This document shows, in pieces, positions 31,265-40,657 of a DNA stretch of 64,000 nt. Both the position numbers and the translations under genes were made by a program. Source of the DNA: an uncultured virus (IMG/VR IMGVR_UViG_3300032266_000637) (lineage: Duplodnaviria; Heunggongvirae; Uroviricota; Caudoviricetes); IMG/VR virus record IMGVR_UViG_3300032266_000637. The stretch is one strand, 5' to 3'. A model generated the notes under the pieces. The model did no database searches. It saw only the letters and a list, made by a program, of their open reading frames with translations, and had not been told where the DNA came from. How positions within the stretch are numbered: the stretch's first letter is position 1; each line of letters starts with the position of its first letter.

Positions 31265-31408
31265 TTACCGTACTGTCAAGAGTATACCACAATTTCCAAT
31301 TGTATACCCTAAAAACATTATTGCTGGTCCAGTGTTGCCTTTTAACAACTGATCTAATGATACACCTAAATATATTAAAGTGGAAATAATAATTAAAGAT
31401 GTGCTCAT
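31265..31408 (-). CDS. small two-TM membrane protein, 47 aa (not in ORF track)
   Basis: ATGA overlap; MSTSLIIISTLIYLGVSLDQLLKGNTGPAIMFLGYTIGNCGILLTVR. Confidence 0.6.
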   Translation of the reverse strand: MSTSLIIISTLIYLGVSLDQLLKGNTGPAIMFLGYTIGNCGILLTVR

Positions 31409-32532
31409 GAGAAGTCTTCTGCCAGTGTAGCATCTTTTACTAACTTAGGTGGTCCGTCTGGACGAATCACTAAAGCACCTAATGCTGCCGCAACTTGTCC
31501 TTTTTGTCCAAGCTTTTCTAATTGTGCCATAGATTTTTGTTTTGTCTCGTACATATCGTCACGATTAAAACCTTTTTCTTCTAACACAGTTACTGCTAAA
31601 TCAAAATCTGCAATTCTGCGGTTACCTTTACCATACACTAGTTTGTAACCTTTTGGTACAACATTTTCTTCTACTGCTTTAGTGATTGCGTATTCTTCTA
31701 CATCGGATACCCAAGATTTTAAATCTGCTGATCTAGATAATACCAGATCTAATTCTTCTTGTGTCAACAATGGTGCTGGGCGGAAATCTAATGCAGCCAC
31801 TTCGTTACTGAAATCTGCACGAGCACGGCATTGTGCTTTAGCTTTACAAAACTGGCAATGATCGCCGGGTAAGAAATCTCCTGTACCAGCCCATGCTCGT
31901 TTAGCTTTGGTCTTTACGAAGCTATTTGCCCAGTCGACCAATTTAGCGACTGTTGTGCCGTCAGATGATATGCTGTCCAAGCGAGGCTGGTGGATCGTGT
32001 AGGATACCTCTTTGATAGTCGGATACTCTTCCTTAAATTTTGCGTAAGCACCAAGAGCATATAGTCGCAACTGGGAGTTGTCCTGCGCAGACACGGGGAT
32101 GCCTTTTCCAAATTTAAGATCGATGACTCTGATTGAATGCTTTGAAAGTATAACGACGTCTGCAGTACCAAATCCGTCAGGTACCCAGTCACTGAAATCC
32201 ACACGTTGTTCAAATAATGGGACATCTCCTTCACCAATTTGGGAACGAACGTATAAAACATAATTGTCGACGTTAGCCTCGAAATCGTCATTGTAGTAGG
32301 GTGTGTTTTTAATAATTTCATATTCACGTTCGTATTCTTCAATTCCAATTTGTCCAAAATGGTGACGCAGTTTAACTTCTGCAAGCGAATGAGCGGTAGT
32401 GCCTTCTTGACTAAAGTCAAAGGCATTGGGTGATCTTTTTGGCTCTGGGAGGGTAGCTTCTAATCTTGCACTGGGCGTACATGTAAGCCAACGCTTAGAA
32501 CTAGAGGCTGATAAGAGGGCATGTGCTGTCAT
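31405..32532 (-). CDS. DUF2800 PD-(D/E)XK (Cas4-like) exonuclease
   Basis: HALLSASSSKRWLTC, GFGTAD, IDLKFGKG, QLRLYALGA, HCQFC....CR. Confidence 0.9.
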   Translation of the reverse strand: MTAHALLSASSSKRWLTCTPSARLEATLPEPKRSPNAFDFSQEGTTAHSLAEVKLRHHFGQIGIEEYEREYEIIKNTPYYNDDFEANVDNYVLYVRSQIGEGDVPLFEQRVDFSDWVPDGFGTADVVILSKHSIRVIDLKFGKGIPVSAQDNSQLRLYALGAYAKFKEEYPTIKEVSYTIHQPRLDSISSDGTTVAKLVDWANSFVKTKAKRAWAGTGDFLPGDHCQFCKAKAQCRARADFSNEVAALDFRPAPLLTQEELDLVLSRSADLKSWVSDVEEYAITKAVEENVVPKGYKLVYGKGNRRIADFDLAVTVLEEKGFNRDDMYETKQKSMAQLEKLGQKGQVAAALGALVIRPDGPPKLVKDATLAEDFS

Positions 32533-32571
32533 TTCTGTTTTTCCTTTTTGCTGATTTTCTTTGAGTGTACT

Positions 32572-32586
32572 ACTACTTATGCAAAA
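32572..32586 (-). promoter_or_regulatory. phage promoter, -10 element only (TTTTGCATAAGTAGT), no GGGCG at -35
   Basis: Exact 11-mer upstream of the DUF2800-SSB-RNR-PolA genes. Confidence 0.7.
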
Positions 32587-32615
32587 AAGCCTAGGTTTTT
32601 TATGCCTAGGCTTTT
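32585..32615. terminator. hairpin/terminator after TerS-like operon, abutting the promoter
   Basis: AAAAGCCTAGG / CCTAGGCTTTT inverted repeat. Confidence 0.65.
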
Positions 32616-32638
32616 CATAATGTGAGATAAATTGTAAT

Positions 32639-33031
32639 TTATTCTTTTGCGGCTTTTAAGTCCTTGATTAAATTGGAAACTGCTCCTGCAAAATCAATTG
32701 ACACATCGGCTTTAATATCTTGCTTGATTTCCATGCGTTCTTTGTAGTCTGCTGGGAACTGGGCACGGGTTGCAATCTCGAATAAACGGGTGTTATAGGT
32801 GCGATTGTTGAGGTTGGCTAGGGCTTCCCTTTCCCACCATGCTTGCGCCTCTACAACGGCTCTATCCATTGCTTCAGCGAAGTCTGGCTTCTCTTTCTTC
32901 CAGCGGTCGGCAGTCTGTTTAGAAATGCCTAGTGACGAAAACATAATTTTTTGTGACGCACCAGTTTTACCTAGCTCTACCACCACATCGCACATCTCTG
33001 GTTTATATTTGGAATTTGCTGGCGACGCCAT
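32639..33031 (-). CDS. terS: putative terminase small subunit (HTH DNA-packaging protein)
   Basis: SKYKPEMCD...G.S......LGISKQT..RWKKEKPDFAEA...AQAWWE pattern. Confidence 0.65.
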   Translation of the reverse strand: MASPANSKYKPEMCDVVVELGKTGASQKIMFSSLGISKQTADRWKKEKPDFAEAMDRAVVEAQAWWEREALANLNNRTYNTRLFEIATRAQFPADYKERMEIKQDIKADVSIDFAGAVSNLIKDLKAAKE

Positions 33032-33288
33032 TAGCACTTCCACCTTTTAAAGGCGGCGGCTTTGCGTGTAGGCTTGCCGTTCTCGTCCTTCATAGGGCCA
33101 GGAACGCCAGACATTCTTGCGCAAAATGATTTCTTACGGGAGCCACCTTCGGGTTGCGGAGCTTTTAAATTAGAGCCAGTTGCCGCGTTATATTTAGCAC
33201 GACCCTTGGCGGTAAGTCCAGCACCTTGGGACACGGGTAACTTCTCGCCACGACCAATAGATAGGGATGGGTTCTTTTTAGTTGCCAT
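33031..33288 (-). CDS. small basic phage protein
   Basis: GLTAKGRAKYN..TGSNLKAP...RKKSFCARM...RWKC; TAATG coupling. Confidence 0.7.
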   Translation of the reverse strand: MATKKNPSLSIGRGEKLPVSQGAGLTAKGRAKYNAATGSNLKAPQPEGGSRKKSFCARMSGVPGPMKDENGKPTRKAAAFKRWKC

Positions 33289-33437
33289 TATTTTTTAGCT
33301 GTCTTTGCAGACTCTTTAAACTGTTTAGCAGTAGGAGCACCTTTGGCACCCGGCTTGCGCATTTTCTCGCCAGAACCGTTTTTAATGCGCTCTCTTTTAG
33401 CTGCGATATTGGCGTACAAACCAGGTTTAGTTGCCAT
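33288..33437 (-). CDS. small basic protein, 49 aa (not in ORF track)
   Basis: MATKPGLYANIAAKRERIKNGSGEKMRKPGAKGAPTAKQFKESAKTAKK; AAGGA RBS, TAATG coupling. Confidence 0.7.
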   Translation of the reverse strand: MATKPGLYANIAAKRERIKNGSGEKMRKPGAKGAPTAKQFKESAKTAKK

Positions 33438-33446
33438 AGTATTTCC

Positions 33447-33704
33447 TTAAAATATTACTGAAACGCCTGACATCTTTTTAACTAAGCCTGTCAGTTCTTT
33501 AGTTGTTTGACCACTAACAAAGGTATTGATTTCAATAGCCTTGTCGATGATCTCTTCCATTGTCGGGAATTTAGGAGCTAACTCAGCAGCTTCCTTAGTT
33601 GTTTTGTCTAACACCTGCCAAGCAGCCATGTTGGCTTCGTGTTGCTTGACCATTAGGTCTTTGGCTGTGTTAAATACGGAAAAACGTAGTTCAAATGGAT
33701 TCAT
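33447..33704 (-). CDS. phage hypothetical protein
   Basis: MNPFELRF....AKDLM...FPTMEEIIDKA.EI..FVS; AGGAG RBS. Confidence 0.65.
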   Translation of the reverse strand: MNPFELRFSVFNTAKDLMVKQHEANMAAWQVLDKTTKEAAELAPKFPTMEEIIDKAIEINTFVSGQTTKELTGLVKKMSGVSVIF

Positions 33705-33774
33705 GTGAATCTCCTATGTGATGTGTGTAAGAATAGGGTTTCCAAGCGTCTCACGACGAGTTGTACTCCCTAAT
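33705..33774 (-). ncRNA. candidate structured 5' leader RNA
   Basis: TAGGG/CCCTA outer stem enclosing GAG-TACAA-CTC and CGTC-GTGA-GACG hairpins. Confidence 0.35.
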
Positions 33775-33807
33775 ACTACTTATGCAAAATCTAAAGGGTT
33801 TTCGCCC
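33775..33807 (-). promoter_or_regulatory. phage late promoter GGGCG-N17-GCATAAGTAGT
   Basis: Exact motif on minus strand heading the TerS-like operon. Confidence 0.8.
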
Positions 33808-34784
33808 TTATTTATCGTTTGGAACAACAATGGTACGCATGTTGGCTTTGCGCTTCTCTTCAGCCTCCATGGCTTTCTTTAGGTGGGGCAGCATCTCGTT
33901 GACCATTTTAAGGGTCAAACCCATAGCCTTTTCACGATCAAGCATTTCTTTTTCTTGCGTGTCCCGTTTGACATTTTCCTCTACCGCCTTAACAACGTCG
34001 TTACTAAAGCCCCTGCTCTTAAGTAATTTAGCTAGATCCATCTTGTGCCTTTGTCACAGCCGCTAAACCGTCCTGTGCCTTTTGAGCTTGTGGTCCGGCC
34101 TGTTGCTGAATTATGTTAATGAACGCTACCAAGGTAGTTGCTGGTACCTGGTTTGGTGTGTTTAAAATATTTAACAGTGCGTTTACCTCTTTTACTGTTA
34201 GCTCAATTGTAATTGCAAAATCGTCAATTGATGGTAGTTCTTTTTCTTGCGTCATTTCTTCTTACCTTTCTTTTTGTTTAAAACAATTTTTTCAAAATAA
34301 TTCTCTCTTGCTGCTAATTTTACTGGGTCGGTGCAGTACTGGTCCAGTTCAAACTTACGTCTATATGTATCCATCAATTCCCACATACGCATCTCTTGAA
34401 TTTGCTTTAAACCAAGAAGAGTATTTGCTACTTGATCCTCTGTCATTGGTTTTTCTGCATCGCCGTGGTACCTGTAAAACGTGTCTAAATCGTCAACAAT
34501 TTGCCACGCCTTCATAATGGCCGATTCTAAATCAATTCTAGTGTTGTCACTCATTTTGCCTTCCTTGCTTTCTTAACAGCTTGTACAAAGTCATCCCCAA
34601 CAAAGTACCATTTTGCTAAAACTCCTATTGCTTTTACAGTTTCTTTAAATGCCTCGACATCGTCTTCGTGCATATTTTCTGGTGTCTTTAAATCATGGGT
34701 TAAGTTAACATAATCGTTTACCAAAGCAGTTTGCACGATTGTGTCTGCCATGTCGTCATCAATATTTATAATCATTTGCCACAC
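33808..34784 (-). other. four small hypothetical CDS (33808-34041, 34028-34255, 34252-34554, 34551-34784)
   Basis: Overlapping start/stop chain, helical 75-100 aa products. Confidence 0.65.
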
Positions 34785-35002
34785 TCCTGTTCATGGTTGG
34801 GTGGCAACATCTTTTTGATGTACCACATTGCTTTTTCTAAATCTTGTACTCCGCCTTTTTTCTTCCAGCGAAAAAGATACTTAATGGCGTTACCAGTGCA
34901 CATTGCTTCTAGCCCTTCTAAACCATCGATGGCTGCTTCAATAGCATCAATGCACTCTACTTTACCTTGGTAGTGTGGTGGGTTATTTACCAGATCGGCC
35001 AT
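34772..35002 (-). CDS. DUF3310 protein (T7 gp1.7-like)
   Basis: VNNPPHY..KVECIDAI...GNAIKYLFRW..K.G.QDLEKAMWY. Confidence 0.88.
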   Translation of the reverse strand: MADLVNNPPHYQGKVECIDAIEAAIDGLEGLEAMCTGNAIKYLFRWKKKGGVQDLEKAMWYIKKMLPPNHEQECGK

Positions 35003-35168
35003 GCTTTCTCCTTAATTCACTTTCTACTGCTTGTACTTCTATTTCATTCTCACACATCCATAGGGTTTGCAATTGTGGATATTGGCTCATGTCAATGTCT
35101 TCTACACCAGCAATTGTCTCTATTACCGAATGACCTTTATATTTATGCTCAACGACAAAGTAGCTCAT
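34983..35168 (-). CDS. hypothetical protein
   Basis: ATGA coupling, 61 aa. Confidence 0.5.
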   Translation of the reverse strand: MSYFVVEHKYKGHSVIETIAGVEDIDMSQYPQLQTLWMCENEIEVQAVESELRRKHGRSGK

Positions 35169-35461
35169 AATTTCATTTCCTTTTTAATAAAGTCAACTGC
35201 TTTTTCATAATGGTAACGCCAATACTTTTCTGATACTCCAATGTCCGTATAACTTATGCCGTTTAGTAAAGCTTCCATCACTTGTCTTTGTTTAGGCAAC
35301 ATACGCTCATCAATAATTCGTCTAATGTCAATTAGGTCATCGACATCCCAAGGAACCCAACCTGGGTCGAGGTGACCAGCAAAGGCATCAATGTCGTCTG
35401 CTTCTAGCGGATCCATCTCCTCATCAGATAAACGGGGCTTACTATATCTTACATATCTCAT
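35165..35461 (-). CDS. stand-alone sigma70 region 3.2/4-like protein
   Basis: Acidic N-terminal segment, then LPKQRQVMEALLNGISYTDIGVSEKYWRYHYEKAVDFIK resembling the sigma4 HTH. Confidence 0.5.
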   Translation of the reverse strand: MRYVRYSKPRLSDEEMDPLEADDIDAFAGHLDPGWVPWDVDDLIDIRRIIDERMLPKQRQVMEALLNGISYTDIGVSEKYWRYHYEKAVDFIKKEMKL

Positions 35462-36792
35462 TATTGTAGTGCGTCCATTAAAGCATCTTGTAAATTTATT
35501 TTTCCTTCCAATACCTTTACAACCTGCTCGTCAATACTTTTGGCTATGGTTAGGTGATGTATGATAACCGGTTTTTCTTGCCCTTGGCGGTAGATCCTAG
35601 CATTCGCCTGGATGTAGTTCTCTGAGCTCCATGGTAGATCGAACCAGACCGTTTGTGCTGTGTCTCCAACGTTGCACTGTAAATTAAGCCCGATCCCACC
35701 GCTTTGCGGGTGGGCAAGGAGCATACGAATCTCGCCACGGCGCCACGCCGCAATGTTGTCATCGTCCAGCACCACCGCCTCTGGGAACTGAAGACGTATT
35801 CGTTGCAAGCTATGCTTGAAATGATAGAAGACAAGCGTGGGGCTTGAAGATTCTTCCATGATCGACTCAAGGAATTCCAGTTTAGAGCGGTGTACTTCTT
35901 GTGCCTCTCCCTCCTCATTATAAACTGCTCCCGATGTGAACTGGAGCAGTTTGTTCGCCAGTGCCGCTGCTGTTGAAGCTGTGATTTTTTCTTTCTTGAC
36001 CTCAACAACCATGTCTTTTCTAAGTTGGTCATACTTTGCCCTTACATTCTTATCAATCTCAATGCTGTGATACAAATTAGTTAATTTTGGTAATTCTAAA
36101 TAATCTTTAGCCCTTAAAGATAAGCAAATATCAGATATCTTTTGATTGATAAGCTGATCAGCACCTTCGTTTAAATTCCAGTTGTACACGACACGGGTAT
36201 GCCGATTAATATTGCCTGGGTGCATATACTTTGTCCTAAACTTAGTAAGACTGGTTTCCAGTCGTTGCCCCATATCCAGTATTGCTACTTGGCTCCACAA
36301 ATCGGCATACCCTTGTGGTGTAGGAGTACCCGTTAATATTATACGCCTTTTAAATAGAGTCAACACCTTTTTTAACGCTTTAAAACGCTTAGTGCTACTA
36401 TCTTTAAAACGGCTTGATTCATCAATGATCAGATAATCAAAGCTTCGTGCTGGCCAGTTATCAACCAACCAAGCTACATTCTCCACATTGATAACATACA
36501 CATCCGAGTCGCTCTGCAATGTCTTCAATCGATTCGCCTCCGACCCCATTACTAAGCAACATCTCATGGCATTCAGATGCTCCCACCGAGAACATTCCTG
36601 TGCCCACACAGATTCGGCAACGCGCTTGGGTGCTATGATCAGTGTCCTTCCCCTCTGGCTCTCCTGTATGATGGTGAGCGCCGTTACAGTCTTGCCCAGA
36701 CCCGGCTCCAAGAACAGTCCCAAGCTGGCTATCCGTTTGGCTTTGTCCAAGATGGTTTTCTGATATTGGTGTAGGTTGGTTTTTGAAAGCAT
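35461..36792 (-). CDS. SNF2-family helicase
   Basis: LHQYQ, PGLGKT, IIDESS, LTGTP, GGIGLNLQ, QANARIYRQGQ. Confidence 0.92.
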   Translation of the reverse strand: MLSKTNLHQYQKTILDKAKRIASLGLFLEPGLGKTVTALTIIQESQRGRTLIIAPKRVAESVWAQECSRWEHLNAMRCCLVMGSEANRLKTLQSDSDVYVINVENVAWLVDNWPARSFDYLIIDESSRFKDSSTKRFKALKKVLTLFKRRIILTGTPTPQGYADLWSQVAILDMGQRLETSLTKFRTKYMHPGNINRHTRVVYNWNLNEGADQLINQKISDICLSLRAKDYLELPKLTNLYHSIEIDKNVRAKYDQLRKDMVVEVKKEKITASTAAALANKLLQFTSGAVYNEEGEAQEVHRSKLEFLESIMEESSSPTLVFYHFKHSLQRIRLQFPEAVVLDDDNIAAWRRGEIRMLLAHPQSGGIGLNLQCNVGDTAQTVWFDLPWSSENYIQANARIYRQGQEKPVIIHHLTIAKSIDEQVVKVLEGKINLQDALMDALQ

Positions 36793-37168
36793 TAAGTACT
36801 TCTTTCCTTTTGTAGTGCAGCCAATCGGCTACAGCATATATTTCTTTTTCGGTAACATCTTGTTTAATGCAATTGGCTTTATGTGATATGTAAACCACAT
36901 TGTCAATAACATACCCGAGCTCTGGAATTATTCTATCTAAAGACGGCACTTCACTATCTTCTTTTTTAGTATATAGCCCCCACACAAATGGTGTTTTAAA
37001 AATAGGACATTCGTCAGTTGCAATTGATTCTAAATAATTTAAACTTAAATCAAAAGCAAGATTCTTTTTAATAGCTTTTGCTTTTATTCTAGCTAAAGTT
37101 TTACTAATGTGCCCTCGTTTTGTGGTGTGATATTTTTTTACATTTGGATAATTAGGTGTTTGCCGCAC
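36461..37168 (-). CDS. HNH-like (His-Me finger) endonuclease, probably free-standing homing type
   Basis: ECPIF...PSLDRIIPELGYVIDNVVYISHKANCIK. Confidence 0.65.
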   Translation of the reverse strand: MRQTPNYPNVKKYHTTKRGHISKTLARIKAKAIKKNLAFDLSLNYLESIATDECPIFKTPFVWGLYTKKEDSEVPSLDRIIPELGYVIDNVVYISHKANCIKQDVTEKEIYAVADWLHYKRKEVLNAFKNQPTPISENHLGQSQTDSQLGTVLGAGSGQDCNGAHHHTGEPEGKDTDHSTQARCRICVGTGMFSVGASECHEMLLSNGVGGESIEDIAERLGCVCYQCGECSLVG

Positions 37169-37433
37169 GAATGAATTCCTCTATGTCGTCGTATGATCTT
37201 AAAATGTGTACTGGAAAACCTGCTTCACCAAGTTCGTCAAATACAACGACTTGTCTTGGTGATAGTTTTCCCGTTAGGGTTTTTAATTCTACTAACATAA
37301 TCTTTTCGTTTAGAATTACTATCCGATCCGGCACCCCCGTCACCGAGCTCTGCCATTTGTAACAAAGCCCCGACAACTGCTTGATTCTTTTGATCAAGTA
37401 TTTTTCTATATCTTTTTCTAATATTAGGCTCAT
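37152..37433 (-). CDS. VRR-NUC domain nuclease
   Basis: LEKDIEKYL...GVPDRIV....VELK...GKLSPRQ. Confidence 0.88.
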   Translation of the reverse strand: MSLILEKDIEKYLIKRIKQLSGLCYKWQSSVTGVPDRIVILNEKIMLVELKTLTGKLSPRQVVVFDELGEAGFPVHILRSYDDIEEFIRAANT

Positions 37434-37788
37434 CTAGGATCTTTTTAACCTCTGTGTAAATATATTCTGTTAGGTAAGCACGAATTTCTTCCCCTGGAGT
37501 TTCTTCGTTGATGTATTCAAATATGCGATATACCAAATGAACAGACTCATGCACCAAAGTGGCATCAATATCATCAATTGTATTTAAGTCTAAAACCAAA
37601 GAGATCAAGGTACGCCCATCCAGTGTCGGGGTTGAGTGCACTTCCGCCATGGCACCGCCTTCAAGGTATTCAATTTTTTGAGGTACTTTTTTATCTTTCA
37701 GCATTTGCCTAAATCCAGCCTCATCCAAACACACATAAATGTTTGCTGGGAATATGGGCACTCTAAAAACACGATATAGTTTTTTCAT
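37237..37788 (-). CDS. HExxH metallopeptidase-like hypothetical protein
   Basis: TLVHESVH...EEIRAY. Confidence 0.5.
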   Translation of the reverse strand: MKKLYRVFRVPIFPANIYVCLDEAGFRQMLKDKKVPQKIEYLEGGAMAEVHSTPTLDGRTLISLVLDLNTIDDIDATLVHESVHLVYRIFEYINEETPGEEIRAYLTEYIYTEVKKILDEPNIRKRYRKILDQKNQAVVGALLQMAELGDGGAGSDSNSKRKDYVSRIKNPNGKTITKTSRCI

Positions 37789-37997
37789 TGTCTTGTGTAC
37801 TTATTATCTGGATCTTCTAGTTCATCTAAAAAATCATCTACTTCTTCTTCTGTCAAAGAGATTCCGTTTTTAAATATTTCTCCGTTCTCTACCAATTTTT
37901 CAATCTCGCCAATCAACGCATCCAGCTCTTCTTGGGTCATCTCATCGGAGATGTCATCGAAGCAACCTTCAGCATAGGTTATTTTTATATTAGTCAA
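37785..37997 (-). CDS. small acidic hypothetical protein
   Basis: Overlaps both neighbours by 4 nt. Confidence 0.5.
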   Translation of the reverse strand: MTNIKITYAEGCFDDISDEMTQEELDALIGEIEKLVENGEIFKNGISLTEEEVDDFLDELEDPDNKYTRQ

Positions 37998-40306
37998 AAT
38001 GTCTCTTCCTCATCAAATAGGGTTTGCTTATCTACGAAAGCTTGTGCTTTCTCATTTAGTTTTACTCCAACATACTTATGCTGACGCTTGCCTTCTATTC
38101 TGACCGCTGAAGAAGATACACCCTTGTCTTGGGTTGCTGCTAGGAACCTACGCTTGAATGATAAATCATTTCCGGGGTTAAGTCCATGCTTAACTGCCCA
38201 CCGCTTGTAGCATAGGAATACGGCATCCTTATCTACTTCACCATCGGCATCGTAGTCCAGTGCTTGGTCAATGAATGAGCCGATTGGATTAGACATCTCT
38301 TCCATGGTTTCAAGTAGTTCTTTGCCCGTTGCTGGCTGTACAAAATACCCACCGCGGCTGATACGTCTGCTTAGTCCTTCCATTGCCCAGTTAAAAATGC
38401 CCGACAGTTCAGCCATCAATTTAGTAGATAGTGCCGTGTCTTCCTTGCCATAAAACGACTTGCTCATCTTGAGCACAATCATACGACCAGTTAACGCATT
38501 ACTCGATTCAGATAACTGTAGCACTTCGTTAGAATAGATGACAATTCTTGTAGGCAAGTAACCATTCCAAGACTCTTTATTCTTTCGATTAACAGTGACA
38601 GTATCACCGCCAACAATACGCAACAACTGAGAAACAACAGAACCAGCATCTCGTCCAGGTGCACGGGCATCTGTGAAAGAGGCAAGGAGTTTTCCAAGCC
38701 ATGGTTGAAGTCCAAAAGTATCACAAAGTTCTCCTAGTTCTGGTGCTACTGTATTGTACTGTCCAAGTAACTCAACTAGCACCTTGTTAATCGTGCCCTT
38801 ACCAGAACGGCGTGGTCCAATAATATTAAAAAACTTTTGCTGCAATGTGTCGCCCGAAAGAATATAACCAAATATTTCTTGCAAAGTATCAATTGACTCT
38901 TGGTCATCTGGCCAGACATCATTCAAGAACTTAGTCCACTGTGGGCAATCTGCTTGTGGGTTATACGAAAACGGCAAACTGTTTTGTGTGAAGAACCCAA
39001 GTGAGTGGGGTAGCAACACATTGTCTTCCAAGTGAAACAAACCATTCTTTAAGCTAACCAGTTTGTTGGCTTCGGGACGATTATAACTGTACCCATCTAA
39101 CCACACTGGTGGTCTAGTATTAGCGTGGTTTGGCAAGTGTACAAGGGCTTTGGCAGCATCTAACGCACCATTAACTGTTGCTGGGTTTGGTGCGAATGGT
39201 TGTAAGTTGCCCTTCTTGTCTTGTTTTTTGCACTTATCTAAAAACTTGTATAAATCCGAACGCACTGTAGACTCTTCCATTTCAGCATAGTGTGTGCCTT
39301 GATAAGAAAAGAAATCACCAGAGTAGTGAACCAGTTTAATGCCTTCTTCACAAGCAAACTTAGAATGCAAAAACACTTGAGCGTTATCCATGGGTGCTGA
39401 AGTGAGAATCACTTCACCTCTTTGAATAGCCTCTTCACGCTTAACCTGAGTTACCTTAAAGGTTAGTGTACGCAATGTAGCTCCGCCACCCTTTTGACTA
39501 AAGCTATTCCATTTGTTCTCACAAGCATTCGGAGCGTAAGTTACTACACTGCCATCGCCATACGACCAACGATCCCACATCTCACAAGCCTCAAGATCGC
39601 CTTGAAACTGGTGGTGTAGGCACATACCCACTTGCAACCAATCTGTATACCCGCAGTCAGGATCAAACTGGGGTAGTAACTCTGCCTCTACCCTTGCCAT
39701 ATCCCAATCATCCATCGGTGGGTTGTAGTCTGCAAACGCATCACCTGACGCTCTGACTGTACGCTCCGGAATGATAGAGGTAAGGTCTTGTGATTGCGTT
39801 GGTAAGTCACCACGAATCTTATGGCCAGTAACAGTGAAGTATCTGCCCTTTGGATAGATTTCTAGACCCTTATCATGGTCAACGTGCGCTCCATCAAGGT
39901 CAGCTAGGGTAAATATCTTTACACCCGTCCCCGAGGGGCTAATTTCCATGTAGCCTTCAATCTTCTTGGCTATGGTTTCTAACTCATCATTAATAAACTG
40001 GTTAGTACTGTCATCGTAACAATCGTCTAGATCCACCCCAATAATATTGTCGTCTCCAGTAAACACAAAGCCAATGCCATCAAAACGCCCTGTAAGGTAC
40101 GCAGCCTCCGCACTGAGGAAGTCTGTCCAAGTGGTAGGGTTTGTTGAACTGGCAGCCTTTCCAGTGGGTTGTACTGGCAATTTAGACCAGCGTTGTGTCT
40201 CTCCTTCGCCAATGAGGACATAGTTCCATAGTGTCCATCTTGGTATTGATCTTAACCCCAGTGGTATGTTTTGAAACAACACTGGTAGTGTTTTTGGTTT
40301 GCTCAT
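37994..40306 (-). CDS. primase with PriCT-2, D5_N and SF3 helicase domains (P4/D5-like)
   Basis: GIGFVF...GVDLDDC, EISPSGTG, YTDWLQVGMCLH, GPRRSGKGT Walker A. Confidence 0.88.
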   Translation of the reverse strand: MSKPKTLPVLFQNIPLGLRSIPRWTLWNYVLIGEGETQRWSKLPVQPTGKAASSTNPTTWTDFLSAEAAYLTGRFDGIGFVFTGDDNIIGVDLDDCYDDSTNQFINDELETIAKKIEGYMEISPSGTGVKIFTLADLDGAHVDHDKGLEIYPKGRYFTVTGHKIRGDLPTQSQDLTSIIPERTVRASGDAFADYNPPMDDWDMARVEAELLPQFDPDCGYTDWLQVGMCLHHQFQGDLEACEMWDRWSYGDGSVVTYAPNACENKWNSFSQKGGGATLRTLTFKVTQVKREEAIQRGEVILTSAPMDNAQVFLHSKFACEEGIKLVHYSGDFFSYQGTHYAEMEESTVRSDLYKFLDKCKKQDKKGNLQPFAPNPATVNGALDAAKALVHLPNHANTRPPVWLDGYSYNRPEANKLVSLKNGLFHLEDNVLLPHSLGFFTQNSLPFSYNPQADCPQWTKFLNDVWPDDQESIDTLQEIFGYILSGDTLQQKFFNIIGPRRSGKGTINKVLVELLGQYNTVAPELGELCDTFGLQPWLGKLLASFTDARAPGRDAGSVVSQLLRIVGGDTVTVNRKNKESWNGYLPTRIVIYSNEVLQLSESSNALTGRMIVLKMSKSFYGKEDTALSTKLMAELSGIFNWAMEGLSRRISRGGYFVQPATGKELLETMEEMSNPIGSFIDQALDYDADGEVDKDAVFLCYKRWAVKHGLNPGNDLSFKRRFLAATQDKGVSSSAVRIEGKRQHKYVGVKLNEKAQAFVDKQTLFDEEETF

Positions 40307-40328
40307 CTGTTTTCCTTGTCTATGCCCA

Positions 40329-40343
40329 ACTACTTATGCAAAA
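40329..40343 (-). promoter_or_regulatory. phage promoter, -10 element only (TTTTGCATAAGTAGT), no GGGCG at -35
   Basis: Exact 11-mer 22 nt upstream of primase ATG. Confidence 0.7.
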
Positions 40344-40374
40344 TATACCGTGCCTTTTTATCTATTTCTAGATG

Positions 40375-40632
40375 TAAAAGTAATAAGCTTATTACTTTTA
40401 GTTATGATTATCCATAGAAGACAGGGTACGATTTGGTGAAAATAGTGTATTGCGGCGCACCATTTAGTTTGTAGGTTGTTGATTCCATTAGCTTATTTTT
40501 TCTCAAAGACAGGGTATCCATAGTATCCATAGTATTTCTCTATTTTTTCTCTATTTTAAAATAAAAATAAAAAGGTATAGGAGGTAAAGTGAAAATTACT
40601 GTGGATACTATGTCTTTTGCGGCGCACCATAA
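40375..40632. repeat. origin-like element copy A
   Basis: 26-bp perfect palindrome 40375-40400; inverted ATCCAyAGT units flanking an AT tract; blocks identical to 49651-49749. Confidence 0.6.
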
Positions 40633-40657
40633 TGCAAAATGCCCCGTAGGGCATCTT

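Noticed and set aside
31405..32532. Cas4 as part of a CRISPR system
   Set aside because: It is the DUF2800 nuclease in its usual DUF2800-DUF2815-PolA replication context
38073..38082. Additional GCATAAGTA promoter (also GCATAAGT at 48943)
   Set aside because: Partial matches without the TT prefix, the full TAGT or GGGCG; the first lies inside the primase CDS
40337..40355. Sigma54 promoter (GGCACG...TTGCA, minus strand)
   Set aside because: GG-to-GC spacing is 13 nt, not the required 10
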